Shown here: piece after piece, positions 46,466 through 56,576 of the stretch
Layout of the letters: each line of letters begins with the position of its first letter
Numbering within the stretch: the stretch's first letter is position 1
From: Pseudomonadota bacterium
GTDB lineage: Bacteria; Campylobacterota; Campylobacteria; Campylobacterales; Sulfurimonadaceae
Direction: 5' to 3'
Assembly: GCA_043797085.1 (NCBI GenBank)
Contig: JAZDQA010000005.1
Location: 1 to 64,000 of the forward strand
DNA length: 64,000 bases
Position numbers and translations under genes: made by a program
Notes under the pieces: generated by a model
Databases searched by the model: none
What the model saw: the letters and a program-made list of their open reading frames with translations, nothing else
Told to the model about the DNA's origin: nothing

Positions 46466-47244
46466 ACGCGACCTCGCTTGCGATAATCAAAATGATCAGC
46501 GATAAACCCCATGATGGTGTCGAGGATATACCCGACTATACCGATGAGGATGATACCGATGATAATATGGGAATAGTTGAGATTGTTATACTCATCCCAA
46601 ATCCAAAAGCCAATACCCAAACCGCCCGTAAGCATCTCAGCAGCTACAATGACCAGCCATGCGATTCCCAGTGATAAGCGCATCCCTGTAAAGATAAACG
46701 GTACCGCAACAGGGAGAATGATCTGAAACACTCTCTCAAATGCCGTGAGCTGAAGCACGCGAGCAACGTTGATAAAATCGTCACTCACACTTCGAACTCC
46801 TAAAGCCGTGTTGATGATAATCGGCCAGATAGAGGTGATAAAGATGACAAAAATCGCCGTCATATCGACGTCTTTGAACACAAACAACGCCAACGGCAAC
46901 CACGCAAGCGGTGATACGGGTTTCAGGATTTGAATGTACGGATTAAAAGCGGTTTGCGCCATTTTAGACATTCCGATCAAAAGCCCTACGGGAATACCTA
47001 CTGCGATTGCCAATGCAAATCCGCCGAATACCCGTTTGAGGGAACTAAACAACTGCAATGCAATCCCCTGATCTCCCGCTCCATTGTCATACAGCGGATC
47101 GGAGAGGACGATGAGTAATTCGTTCCATGTCTCTATCGGAGTTGGAAACCCGGGGATTTTAATCGCAACGGTTGACCATACAGCAATAAGGACACCAAAG
47201 AGCAGTGTCGGAAGTGCTACGGTGTTGATGGTTTTTAAGAGCAT
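46462..47244 (-). CDS. nrtB: Nitrate ABC transporter permease
   Basis: PVSPLAWLP, WLVIVAAEML, GIGFWIWDE. Confidence 0.92.
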   Translation of the reverse strand: MLLKTINTVALPTLLFGVLIAVWSTVAIKIPGFPTPIETWNELLIVLSDPLYDNGAGDQGIALQLFSSLKRVFGGFALAIAVGIPVGLLIGMSKMAQTAFNPYIQILKPVSPLAWLPLALFVFKDVDMTAIFVIFITSIWPIIINTALGVRSVSDDFINVARVLQLTAFERVFQIILPVAVPFIFTGMRLSLGIAWLVIVAAEMLTGGLGIGFWIWDEYNNLNYSHIIIGIILIGIVGYILDTIMGFIADHFDYRKRGRV

Positions 47245-47310
47245 AAATGCCTCCTTTTATTAATGTTAAACACTAAAATAAATACATTCGTTTATTCACT
47301 TGCGTACTTT

Positions 47311-48603
47311 TTATTTTACTTTCCATTTATTCACTTTTGCGAGTGCTTCTTTGGTTACTTTTGGATGTTTAATCGGTGCGTTATAGATGTAATCAACCGC
47401 TTTGTTAGGATCAAATACCGAACCGTCGATAAACTTATTACCTGCTGCTTTTCCTTCGATTTTCCATCCTGTTGCAGGTAGTGCATAGTTGACTTCTTTT
47501 GCAGCTGTAGCAAACAAATCAGGACGATAAACACTCTCTACCGTTTTTTTCATATCAATGGCGTGATCGAGCTGTCCCCAGCGAACCATTTGGGTAACTT
47601 GCCACATTCCATGGGTGTAGTACGGATAGAGGGCTTGTTTTTTACCAAACACGTTAAACTGAGGCATAGGAGTTGATACTCCGTTCGTAAACATAAATGT
47701 TCCCGTCATTGAGTTGTCAATAACATCTTTGGGAGCATTGACGTACGATTTAGACGATAAAATCGCCGAAGCCTCTTTGCGGTTTTCCCATGAGGCATCC
47801 AGCCACATACCCGCTTCGATTACTGCTTTTATCATGGCTTTGGTCGTTTCAGGATTTTTATCGGCAAATGCTTTTTGAACCCCTAATACTTTTTCGGGTC
47901 CGTTTTCCCAAAGCTGATACCCTGTAATCACTGTTTTTCCGACATTGCCCATAACGGCACGTTGATTCCATGGTTCACCGACACAAAATCCGTCGATGTT
48001 TCCGGCGGTCATGTTTGCAACCATTTGCGGTGGAGGAACGACTTTGAGTGCTACATCAACATCGGGATCCACTCCTCCAGCTGCCATCCAAAAGCGCAAG
48101 TGATAGTTATGAGTACCTGTTGGAAATGTCATCCCAAATTCAGGAACGCCCATCGTTTTAGAAGTAATCACTTTTTTCAGTGCTACGGCTGAACCTTTTT
48201 TTGTAGCAACTGGGTCGGCTGCCATCATCGCATCGTACATTTTATTGGATACGGTAATTGCATCACCATTTTGTCCCAATGCCATGAGTGCAAGCATGCT
48301 TTTTTGGCTGCTTCCAACACCCAGAGTCGAAGCGATCGGCATTGCCGCGAGCATGTGTGATGCGTCGAGTTCACCAACGGTCATTTTGTCACGGACATTT
48401 GCCCATGATGCTTCTTTGCTTAGTTCTACATTGAGACCGTGTTTTGCAAAGAACCCTTTTTCTTTGGCAATAACGAGAGCCGCACAATCTGTCAGTGGTA
48501 TAAATCCAATCTTGAGATCTTTTTTCTCAACGGCTGCCATGGCTACTGATGCTGCTAGAGAGAGCAGCAAAACACTTTTTCCGAGTAAATTCAAACTTTT
48601 CAT
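47311..48603 (-). CDS. nrtA: Nitrate ABC transporter substrate-binding protein (NrtA/CmpA family)
   Basis: GFIPLTDCA, SWANVRD, PPPQMVAN, CVGEPWN. Confidence 0.9.
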   Translation of the reverse strand: MKSLNLLGKSVLLLSLAASVAMAAVEKKDLKIGFIPLTDCAALVIAKEKGFFAKHGLNVELSKEASWANVRDKMTVGELDASHMLAAMPIASTLGVGSSQKSMLALMALGQNGDAITVSNKMYDAMMAADPVATKKGSAVALKKVITSKTMGVPEFGMTFPTGTHNYHLRFWMAAGGVDPDVDVALKVVPPPQMVANMTAGNIDGFCVGEPWNQRAVMGNVGKTVITGYQLWENGPEKVLGVQKAFADKNPETTKAMIKAVIEAGMWLDASWENRKEASAILSSKSYVNAPKDVIDNSMTGTFMFTNGVSTPMPQFNVFGKKQALYPYYTHGMWQVTQMVRWGQLDHAIDMKKTVESVYRPDLFATAAKEVNYALPATGWKIEGKAAGNKFIDGSVFDPNKAVDYIYNAPIKHPKVTKEALAKVNKWKVK

Positions 48604-48640
48604 AATGAAACTCCTATTTAAGATTTAAAAATCTGAAATA

Positions 48641-48705
48641 ATTGTAATACAAATAATAAATAGTTTCTACAACTAAATGATTAAAAAATATACAATTAGT
48701 TGATT
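48641..48705 (-). promoter_or_regulatory. Tandem candidate operators plus -10 for the nrt operon
   Basis: AATCA-N5-TTGTA at 48691-48705 and 48668-48682; TACAAT 21 nt downstream. Confidence 0.5.
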
Positions 48706-48734
48706 TATAATTAAATAACGAATTTTATTTTTTT

Positions 48735-48890
48735 AACTGATGTTACACATATTGAATGATTTTCTTGAAAATTCAAAGATGCACATGCTAAATGACGTAA
48801 AGTTAAAGCACCTTCACTTCTTAACGAATGAAGTTTAGAGTTGAATTTTCAAGAAAATCATTCAATATCTATAAGTACGTAACATCAGTT
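48735..48890. mobile_element. MITE-like nested palindromic element
   Basis: Terminal IR AACTGATGTTAC/GTAACATCAGTT, perfect internal 28-bp IR (48749-48776 vs 48841-48868), no ORF. Confidence 0.7.
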
Positions 48891-48982
48891 AAAAAAAGGT
48901 GTTGAGGCGTTTTTAAAAGCAGTATCATTAAAAGTTCTTGACTCTATGCTACAATGGTAATAAATAGAAATAAAAAAGGAGG

Positions 48983-49417
48983 GTGTATATGTTTAAAAAT
49001 ACTGTAATGCTATTTTTATTTTCCTGCACTCTTGTCGCTAATGTTTTAGAGTACGAACCTTATTTTCAAAAAGCGGGGAGTTATTACAATATTCCGCCGC
49101 TGCTTTTAAAAAACATCGCCACTATCGAAAGTGCGGGTAATCCAAACGCGATTCGGATCAATGATAACGGGACAAAAGACTATGGGTTGATGCAGATTAA
49201 TTCAATCCATTTTAAAAGGCTGTCTGCATGGGGGATCAATGAACGCAATATTCTCAACCCTCAAGTCAATATTTTCGCGGGCAGTTGGCTTTTATCTGAG
49301 CATATTAAAGAACGGGGATTTAATCTCCAAGCGATTGGGAATTACCACTCAAAAACACAAATTTACAAAGAACGATGGCTTCGCCGCCTCATCCTCTCTC
49401 TAAAAAGATCAGCCTAA
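48983..49417 (+). CDS. Lytic transglycosylase (SLT domain)
   Basis: IES, GLMQIN, AIGNYHS. Confidence 0.9.
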   Translation: MYMFKNTVMLFLFSCTLVANVLEYEPYFQKAGSYYNIPPLLLKNIATIESAGNPNAIRINDNGTKDYGLMQINSIHFKRLSAWGINERNILNPQVNIFAGSWLLSEHIKERGFNLQAIGNYHSKTQIYKERWLRRLILSLKRSA

Positions 49418-50626
49418 ATTTAACGAGAAAATAGGCAGCAGCATCGCGGTAACCATCACCCCGATAATACCTCCGATAATCAGCATAAGTGACGGTTCCA
49501 AAATCGAGAGGAAGAGAGTAATTTTATCTTTGTTCGTGTCGATGTAAAAGGCAGAAAGGTGCTCAAGCATCGAGGCGAGTTCACTCGTCTCTTCACCAAT
49601 TGCGACCGCTTCGATAAACGAATCATCGATTTTATATCCTGTCTCTTGTTTTAGAGCTTTTGAGAGAGAAGAACCCTCGACTACTTTTACCGAAGCTTTT
49701 TCAAAAAGTTCTTTTATGACTTCCGATGAGAGGGTGATGCAGGAGAGTTTGATGGTATTAACGACGGGTATCCCTGAGCGAATTAATAGGGAAGAGATAG
49801 TACAAAAACGTGCTAAATCACTGGTTTCGACCATTTTCCCGACAATCGGAAGCTTCAAAATAATCGCGTGAATACTTTTCTTAAATTCAGAATTGGTTGC
49901 CATTTGATACGAAAAGAAGCCTACCAGACTCAATACCACAATGGCTATTACAAACCAATACTGAGCAAAAAAATGGGCCATTGCTACGACAATTTGTGTT
50001 AAAAGCGGTAGAGCTTGACCGGTGGACTCGAAAATGGCGGTGATTTTTGGAACAACTACGGTGAGCATAAAAGAGATCATCAAAATCGACACCACTATGA
50101 TAAAAGAGGGGTATACCAATGCTTGTCCCAGTTGTTTTTTGATTTTTTCCTGAAGAATCAAATAGACGGAAAGCTCGTTTAAAACCTCGGCAAGAATACC
50201 TCGGTCTTCGGATATTTTGAGCGTTCCGGTATAAAAAACAGGCAAGGTATAGTGTTCTTGGGATTCAAGGGATTGGGCGAAACTTTTTCCTTCATTGATG
50301 AGGGTTATGATGGTTTCAAAAAAACGTTCCAATCGGACGGTCTTATGATTTTGGTGTTTGAGCAATGTGAGTGCGCGGATCAACGGGATACCGGCATTGA
50401 GATAGACAGCGAGATCACGACTTAAGGTGGCTAAGAGAGAAGTAGGGAGATTTTTTTGTTTAAAGAGTGCCAAAACACCAAAAAAAGATTCTTCACGCGT
50501 TGAGATGTCCGAATAGAGAATCCCTTGCACTTTTAGTTTTATTTTTGCTTCGTCTATCGTAGACGCTTCAATCGTTGATTTTAACGGATTTCCTGCAGCG
50601 TCCATCCCTTTGTAATGAAATTCCAT
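49409..50626 (-). CDS. gspF: T2SS inner-membrane platform protein F
   Basis: LVYP, GEETSEL, LEP, MLLPIF. Confidence 0.9.
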   Translation of the reverse strand: MEFHYKGMDAAGNPLKSTIEASTIDEAKIKLKVQGILYSDISTREESFFGVLALFKQKNLPTSLLATLSRDLAVYLNAGIPLIRALTLLKHQNHKTVRLERFFETIITLINEGKSFAQSLESQEHYTLPVFYTGTLKISEDRGILAEVLNELSVYLILQEKIKKQLGQALVYPSFIIVVSILMISFMLTVVVPKITAIFESTGQALPLLTQIVVAMAHFFAQYWFVIAIVVLSLVGFFSYQMATNSEFKKSIHAIILKLPIVGKMVETSDLARFCTISSLLIRSGIPVVNTIKLSCITLSSEVIKELFEKASVKVVEGSSLSKALKQETGYKIDDSFIEAVAIGEETSELASMLEHLSAFYIDTNKDKITLFLSILEPSLMLIIGGIIGVMVTAMLLPIFSLNLG

Positions 50627-52140
50627 TATGCCTCTTTGACTCCCACACGGATGATCTCATCGAGACCAGTCGTGTGATCGAGCAATAATTCGATGAGTTG
50701 ATTGGATAGAAACTGCATTCCTCTGGATTTCATTATTTCTCGAAGTTCAAAATCATTGTCGCTAATTTTTAACAATGGACGCAAAGTATCATCAATCATG
50801 AAAAATTCACCGATAGCAACGCGTCCAGAATAGCCTGTATAATGGCAGTGAACGCACCCTTTTGGCTGTGCTATGATCTGTCCATGTACAATTCCAAGCT
50901 CGTCCGCATCTTTATCAGACAAGGTGACATTTTCTTTGCATTCAGGACACAGGCATCGAACGAGCCGTTGAGCTAAGACGCCTAAAAGAGTGGAAGTAAT
51001 CAAAAATTTATCGATTCCCATATCGGCTAATCGTGTTAGTGCCGCAGTGGCATTGTTGGTATGGAGCGTTGAGAGAACGAGGTGACCTGTCATTGCCGCT
51101 TGGATGGCAATGTGCGCCGTCTCAGTATCACGAATCTCACCAATCATAATAATATCAGGGTCTTGACGTAAAATGGAGCGCAGTCCTCCTGCAAAGGTTA
51201 GTCCTGCTTTGGTATTGACGGCGATTTGACTCACATGAGGTGCATCGTATTCCACTGGGTCTTCGATCGAGATGATGTTCTTTTCAGGGGAAGCCAACTG
51301 TTGTAAAAAAGAGTGCAGGGTGGTTGATTTACCGCTTCCCGTTGGTCCTGTGACTAAGATGATACCATGAGAGAATTTGAGAAGTTCTTCAAGATTTGAA
51401 GTGGTTGTTTCATTAAATCCCAATTCACGCAAAGAGGGAATCGAGGTTGCCTGCATTAAAAGCCGCAAAACTACCCGTTCACCGTGATAAGTGGGGAGGA
51501 CTGAAACACGAACATCGAGACTTTTACCGGCTACTTTGACTTGTGTTCGTCCGTCTTGAGGAAGGCGTTTTTCGGAAATATCCAAAGCAGAGATGACTTT
51601 GATACGACTGATGATGAGATCGATGATATTTTTGTCCAAATCAATATGTTTGATGAGTGCGCCATCGACTCGAAATCGTACTTCCCCTTTTTTTTCGTGC
51701 GTTTCGATGTGGATATCACTGGCTTTTCGTTTGATGGCTTGATAGAAGATGGTGTTGACAAATTTGATAATCGGGGCGGATTCTTCACTAGTCAGCAAAT
51801 CCGCCGAATTTTTGATGAAATCGACCAACGATAACTCTTCATCGATGAACTCATTGCTGCCGGAAACAGTTTTAGAAATATCAAGATCCGTTTTATGTTC
51901 CAAAAATTTCAAATAAAGATTTTCATATCCTGCATGGGAAAGATGCGCGATTGGATAGTTGAGAGAGAGTTTATTGTAAAGCTGAAGCGCTGCTAGATGC
52001 TGTGTTTCAGGGATAATAGCATAGAGCTCTCCATCATACGTACAAAATAAAAGTGAGTGACGAATGCACAAAGCAACATCAATATTTTCAGGATAAGTGA
52101 ACAAAATTTCTGTTTCATCCAAAAAAGGGAATGTTATCAT
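50626..52140 (-). CDS. gspE: T2SS ATPase E
   Basis: ASDIH, PQDGR, GPTGSGKSTT, LRQDPD, Cys tetrad. Confidence 0.93.
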   Translation of the reverse strand: MITFPFLDETEILFTYPENIDVALCIRHSLLFCTYDGELYAIIPETQHLAALQLYNKLSLNYPIAHLSHAGYENLYLKFLEHKTDLDISKTVSGSNEFIDEELSLVDFIKNSADLLTSEESAPIIKFVNTIFYQAIKRKASDIHIETHEKKGEVRFRVDGALIKHIDLDKNIIDLIISRIKVISALDISEKRLPQDGRTQVKVAGKSLDVRVSVLPTYHGERVVLRLLMQATSIPSLRELGFNETTTSNLEELLKFSHGIILVTGPTGSGKSTTLHSFLQQLASPEKNIISIEDPVEYDAPHVSQIAVNTKAGLTFAGGLRSILRQDPDIIMIGEIRDTETAHIAIQAAMTGHLVLSTLHTNNATAALTRLADMGIDKFLITSTLLGVLAQRLVRCLCPECKENVTLSDKDADELGIVHGQIIAQPKGCVHCHYTGYSGRVAIGEFFMIDDTLRPLLKISDNDFELREIMKSRGMQFLSNQLIELLLDHTTGLDEIIRVGVKEA

Positions 52141-53738
52141 GGTTTGGCGTCTTTTTTGGCTTCGATGTTTTTCGTGATATTCGTAATGTAGCGATCTTGA
52201 ATCGCATCAAGCTCGGTTAATTGCGCTCGCAACGTATTTAAATCACCACTTTTCTCGATGATATAGGGAGTGAGGATAATAACTAGATTGATTTTATCGC
52301 GACTGGCAGCTTTGCTTTTAAAGAGATTTCCTAAAATAGGTATGTCTCCTAATAAGGGAACTTTACTGTTCGTTTCATCGATTTTTTCTCGAATAAGTCC
52401 CCCGATAATGACACTTTCTCCATTATTGACGATGGCAGAAGTGAGGACTTCTCGTTTTGTAGTACTGGGGCGACCACTATCTGAACCGGATTCGATATCT
52501 TCGAGTTTTGCGGTTACTCCCAAAAGTACTTTATTATCATTGGAGAGACGCGGCTTGATTTTGAGGGTCAGACCTATGTCTAGACGGGTGAAATTTTCTT
52601 GAGATAATAGACCATTTATTGTCGTTCCTGCACTAATGGACTGGGTTTTTCCGACATAGATGCTAGACTCTTGGTTATCAATACACAAAATAGAGGGCTC
52701 CGATAGTATATCCGCTGCTCCGTTAGAGTTGAGCAAAGCAATATTCGCTCCCAATGCAATTCCCGCAGAAATTGTTATTGGATTAAATTTAGCAATACTT
52801 GCTATAGTTGAATCCAATGATACTGCATTCGTTAATCCGTCTCCAAGTTGTGAATCAAAAGTAAATATTCCATTTGATCCTACTCTCCCCCCCGATAGCC
52901 CGTATTTTATACCAACCTCTTGAGATTTATTTTCACTGATTTCAATAATTTTTGCGCGTACATAGACTTGCTGCCGATCGTGATCTAAACTTAGTATCGT
53001 TGCTTCCAGACTTTTAAAGAGTTCATCGCTGGTTATGACGATCAGTGAATTGGTACTATCATCACTGGCAATACTGGGTGGTTGCTGACCGGGCATCAAG
53101 GTCATTTTCCCCAAAATCGTATTGAGTGTTGTCACAATCGATTTCGCATCGGCATTTTTCAAAGGGATGACGTGGGTCGTATTTGCGAGGGTCTCATCTT
53201 TCGTGTCTAATATTTTCATCGCCTTTTTGATGGTGGCAATATTGTCGGGGAAGTCGGTGACGATGACGGAATTGGACTCTTTGGATGCGGTGATTTTTCC
53301 ATTCTTACTCGTAAAATGTTTGATCTTTGTCCCCATGTTCTCAGCGGAAGAAAAATGAAATGTAAAAATATGCGTTTGCATTTGAGCAATGTCACTTTTT
53401 TCCATAAACGGGAGATTCATTTGCGTTGCATCAACGGTTTTGACCACGCTTAAATACCCGCCGCCTGTGTCAACCAGAGTGTATCCCCTCGCATCGAGGG
53501 TGCTTTGCAGTATTCCAAAAAGATCTTTTTTATTGATGGGTCTGTTACCGGCATAGCTAATCGTTCCGGGAATCTCTTCACCGATAAAAATGTTCTTATG
53601 GGTTGTAGCCGCAACCAGCTTAATCAAATCGGTCATTCCCATCCCATCGATCGCAAGGGAAACTTTTTCATTAGCAGCTGCACCTAAAAGAGTTGCGAGT
53701 GTCATTGATAAGAGAAAAATTTTAGCGGGTGATTTCAT
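52137..53738 (-). CDS. gspD: T2SS secretin D (compact)
   Basis: Signal peptide from MKSPAK (53738); QVYVRAKIIE, GLTLKIKP, KVPLLGDIPILGNLF. Confidence 0.9.
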   Translation of the reverse strand: MKSPAKIFLLSMTLATLLGAAANEKVSLAIDGMGMTDLIKLVAATTHKNIFIGEEIPGTISYAGNRPINKKDLFGILQSTLDARGYTLVDTGGGYLSVVKTVDATQMNLPFMEKSDIAQMQTHIFTFHFSSAENMGTKIKHFTSKNGKITASKESNSVIVTDFPDNIATIKKAMKILDTKDETLANTTHVIPLKNADAKSIVTTLNTILGKMTLMPGQQPPSIASDDSTNSLIVITSDELFKSLEATILSLDHDRQQVYVRAKIIEISENKSQEVGIKYGLSGGRVGSNGIFTFDSQLGDGLTNAVSLDSTIASIAKFNPITISAGIALGANIALLNSNGAADILSEPSILCIDNQESSIYVGKTQSISAGTTINGLLSQENFTRLDIGLTLKIKPRLSNDNKVLLGVTAKLEDIESGSDSGRPSTTKREVLTSAIVNNGESVIIGGLIREKIDETNSKVPLLGDIPILGNLFKSKAASRDKINLVIILTPYIIEKSGDLNTLRAQLTELDAIQDRYITNITKNIEAKKDAKP

Positions 53739-54549
53739 AGACGAGTTCCTTTTGGAGGTTATTACGGTTGACGGTGATACGAAGACTTCGAAGATTGGGA
53801 ACTTGAGCGTAAACGGCGAATGCGTCTGCATACGATTCAAGTTTTTTATTATTGACTGAGAGGATAATATCTCCATTTAGAATACCAAGCTGCCCAAATA
53901 TAGATTCCGGTGCAATCGTATTGACGCGAAATCCAGAAATTTTTGCTCCATTGGCAACGGCTGAAATATCAATGGATTTGCCAATATTCTGCAAATCACC
54001 CATCTGACTTTTAATGGTTTGGTACGCGATAGTACGCGATTCATCCTCTTGCACTCCCGCTTGTGCCAAATCGGCTACCGATTCGGTTACGACTTCTCTG
54101 CGTGCGAGCATATCATCATGTCCCAGTCGCAGGCGATACGTCTTGCCATATCCGCGAAAGGTTGCTGTCGAATTAGTCAGTGCGGTGAGACGAAATACAT
54201 TTTTATAGATTCCGCCCAAAGGGACAATGAGCGTCGTATTTGCATCGCTGATGCTGACAAAAGAGTCTGAAGCGGAGCGATAAATTGCTTTAATTCTGTG
54301 CGGTGCAGGGACAAGTTTAGTCGCGGTGATGCTTTTAGTATGTATCGCACCGCCGAAATGTTCTGCAATACCAAATTTTTGACCAAAATGAAAAATCTCA
54401 AAAAAAGGATCAAAGCGAGAGGTAAACCCCTGTGTCGGAGAGTCTGATAAAAAGGCTCCTCCCAGTGTTGACAAACTCCAAACCACTACCAGCGGAGCAG
54501 CCAAAAGATTGAATCGTTGAAGTGCGGATTCATTAAAAATTGCTTTCAT
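53722..54549 (-). CDS. gspC: T2SS protein C-like with PDZ domain
   Basis: N-terminal TM, C-terminal PDZ (LGILNGDIILSVN); upstream of gspD. Confidence 0.72.
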   Translation of the reverse strand: MKAIFNESALQRFNLLAAPLVVVWSLSTLGGAFLSDSPTQGFTSRFDPFFEIFHFGQKFGIAEHFGGAIHTKSITATKLVPAPHRIKAIYRSASDSFVSISDANTTLIVPLGGIYKNVFRLTALTNSTATFRGYGKTYRLRLGHDDMLARREVVTESVADLAQAGVQEDESRTIAYQTIKSQMGDLQNIGKSIDISAVANGAKISGFRVNTIAPESIFGQLGILNGDIILSVNNKKLESYADAFAVYAQVPNLRSLRITVNRNNLQKELVYEITR

Positions 54550-55045
54550 AGACCAATCCTTCCTTCGCTTGATGTAATTTATTCACAAGCAGTGGGTAAC
54601 GTCGAAGCTGTGGTGTTGGTTCAAAAACAACACGGATTTTCTGGTCAAGAAGATCAAAATCACCCTCGCACTGACCAAAATCACCCTCTCCATCAATGCT
54701 TACACTCAAAGGGTGAAGTAAAGAATAGGTGAAAACAATCGAGTCGATTTTACCGGGAAAAAAGTTTCGATACAGGGGAGAAAAATTAATGTTTGAGAGG
54801 CTCAGTTGATTGATAAAAAGCAACGGCGCGATTCGAATCGATTCAATCGAAGCAAATTCTTGGTTATCCAGTAAAACGTTTCCATTGAGGGCATCGAAAA
54901 AGAGAAAGCGGTTGGTGAGTTCTTCGTTATTGATGAATAAATGATGCTGGGAAAGTATTGATTCAAACGTGAAATATAGCTTTTCTTTTGGGATCATTAC
55001 GATGACAATGAGAAGAATATACAGAACGTATAAAGAGCGTTTCAT
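54533..55045 (-). CDS. T2SS-associated protein (GspN-like position)
   Basis: N-terminal TM followed by Pro; operon position only. Confidence 0.55.
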   Translation of the reverse strand: MKRSLYVLYILLIVIVMIPKEKLYFTFESILSQHHLFINNEELTNRFLFFDALNGNVLLDNQEFASIESIRIAPLLFINQLSLSNINFSPLYRNFFPGKIDSIVFTYSLLHPLSVSIDGEGDFGQCEGDFDLLDQKIRVVFEPTPQLRRYPLLVNKLHQAKEGLVYESNF

Positions 55046-55434
55046 GATTCAATCTCCACGAGAATTATCCCTTTTGATGCACTGTTGCGTCGGAGGGTTA
55101 ACTTTTTTATCACCAGCATAGAGTTAAGAATTTTGTTTGAAATACGATTGAATTCCAGCGATGAAAGGTTGTCGTATTCAAAATAGACATTACCACCTCG
55201 TTTTTCTTGTTTGATTAGGTTAGGATGATTTTTTAAATACTCAAACTCGTTGTGAGATTCTTGAGCACCCCAGCGTGTTTTTAAGATATCGATTGTTTTG
55301 GCTTGCTGTGTGAGCATTGCGTGTTCTTGTTGTAACTCTTTTGCGGCTGAATGTTGCCATAATGCACCCAGTGCAGTAACGACAACAAGCGCCAAGGTTA
55401 TCATCAAGGAGAGGGTAAGAATTTTTGGTTTCAT
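55042..55434 (-). CDS. T2SS-associated bitopic protein (GspM-like)
   Basis: TM, coiled coil, small domain; operon position. Confidence 0.55.
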   Translation of the reverse strand: MKPKILTLSLMITLALVVVTALGALWQHSAAKELQQEHAMLTQQAKTIDILKTRWGAQESHNEFEYLKNHPNLIKQEKRGGNVYFEYDNLSSLEFNRISNKILNSMLVIKKLTLRRNSASKGIILVEIES

Positions 55435-56576
55435 TTTAATCGAACCTCTAGTTGAGTGTTACGGCTATTGATCTGTGCTTGCTTAAAGTGCTTGGTGATT
55501 TCATTTTTGAGTTTTTCAGCAGCGCTTGAATCGCGTGTATCGATGGTAAAATTGATAGTATTCCCATCGTAATGAAGCTCTTGTATCCCCTCACCGTGAA
55601 AGGAAATTATTTCTGCTGCTGATGAGTTATTTTCGACTAAAAGACGATTGGCTTCACCCGGTTTTGATCCCGGAATGAGGATAATTCCCTCCGGTGAGGA
55701 ACTGGGAGCAGTAGAGATTAGGGGCGCTGTAGGAGGAGGTGTAATGCTTTTAGCTTCTACTGGGAGATCGGAAACTTCTTTGCACACTTTTCGAACATGA
55801 AGCTGTTTGGTCTCTTTACTCTTTAATGTACTGAGAATAGCTTCCCGTTCAAGCGATGTTTCAGGGAGGTTTGAAGCCTTTAAAATTTCGGTCATTTTTT
55901 CACTGAGTTTGGTAGATTCTTGATAGCTAAACAGTGCTTGAGTACCCAAATTTCCCAAGAGTATGAGTAAAATAAAGAGCGTTGTTTTGAGCGTTTTTTG
56001 GGTAAGCGCTGCGGGGATAAATCCTTCTATGGAAACCGTTTTTAAAAAAGGTCTTGAGTGTGCCAATGCTTCATCTAACTCTACAAAAGAGGGCGCATTG
56101 ATATACGAGGCATCCAACTCAACGAGTATTCTCTCAATCGTGGTTAAATATTTTCCGTTTGGAAGATGGATGGGCTGAGGCTCTTGCGCAAATACCCATT
56201 GCGCAAACGTGACTTTTTGAATCAGTGAAAAGTGGGGAAGCGAAAGCAGTTTTTGGGATATTTCATCGGGATTGTAGGCGATTAAAATATAGTTATTTTC
56301 TTCTATTTTTTGCGCTTCATAACGATATTGATCGCTTAGATCAAACAATGCCGGAGCATATTTTACCGCTTCTTTTGCGCTCTTTGCATTCAAGTTTACG
56401 GCTAATGCCCAATAGTCGTTGGGTGAGAGGACTAAAACGGTTTCTTTAGAAATTGGTTCAAGACTTAGGGTATCGGCATAGACCAAAGGGGACAAATCAC
56501 AGAAAAAACGGCGAATAAATGGGTATTTAGTGCACAGCGATTCGATCAACTCCGTCATATCAAAGAAATTCAACAC
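55431..56576 (-). CDS. T2SS-associated bitopic protein (GspL-like)
   Basis: Cytoplasmic domain, central TM, periplasmic domain; follows gspK. Confidence 0.55.
   Translation of the reverse strand: MLNFFDMTELIESLCTKYPFIRRFFCDLSPLVYADTLSLEPISKETVLVLSPNDYWALAVNLNAKSAKEAVKYAPALFDLSDQYRYEAQKIEENNYILIAYNPDEISQKLLSLPHFSLIQKVTFAQWVFAQEPQPIHLPNGKYLTTIERILVELDASYINAPSFVELDEALAHSRPFLKTVSIEGFIPAALTQKTLKTTLFILLILLGNLGTQALFSYQESTKLSEKMTEILKASNLPETSLEREAILSTLKSKETKQLHVRKVCKEVSDLPVEAKSITPPPTAPLISTAPSSSPEGIILIPGSKPGEANRLLVENNSSAAEIISFHGEGIQELHYDGNTINFTIDTRDSSAAEKLKNEITKHFKQAQINSRNTQLEVRLK

Noticed and set aside
53739..53876. Long N-terminal extensions in the ORF track (gspD; also nirA, the NDH-2-like gene and the 26.9-kb cytochrome)
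   Set aside because: Downstream ATGs have a better RBS or signal peptide and reduce large overlaps
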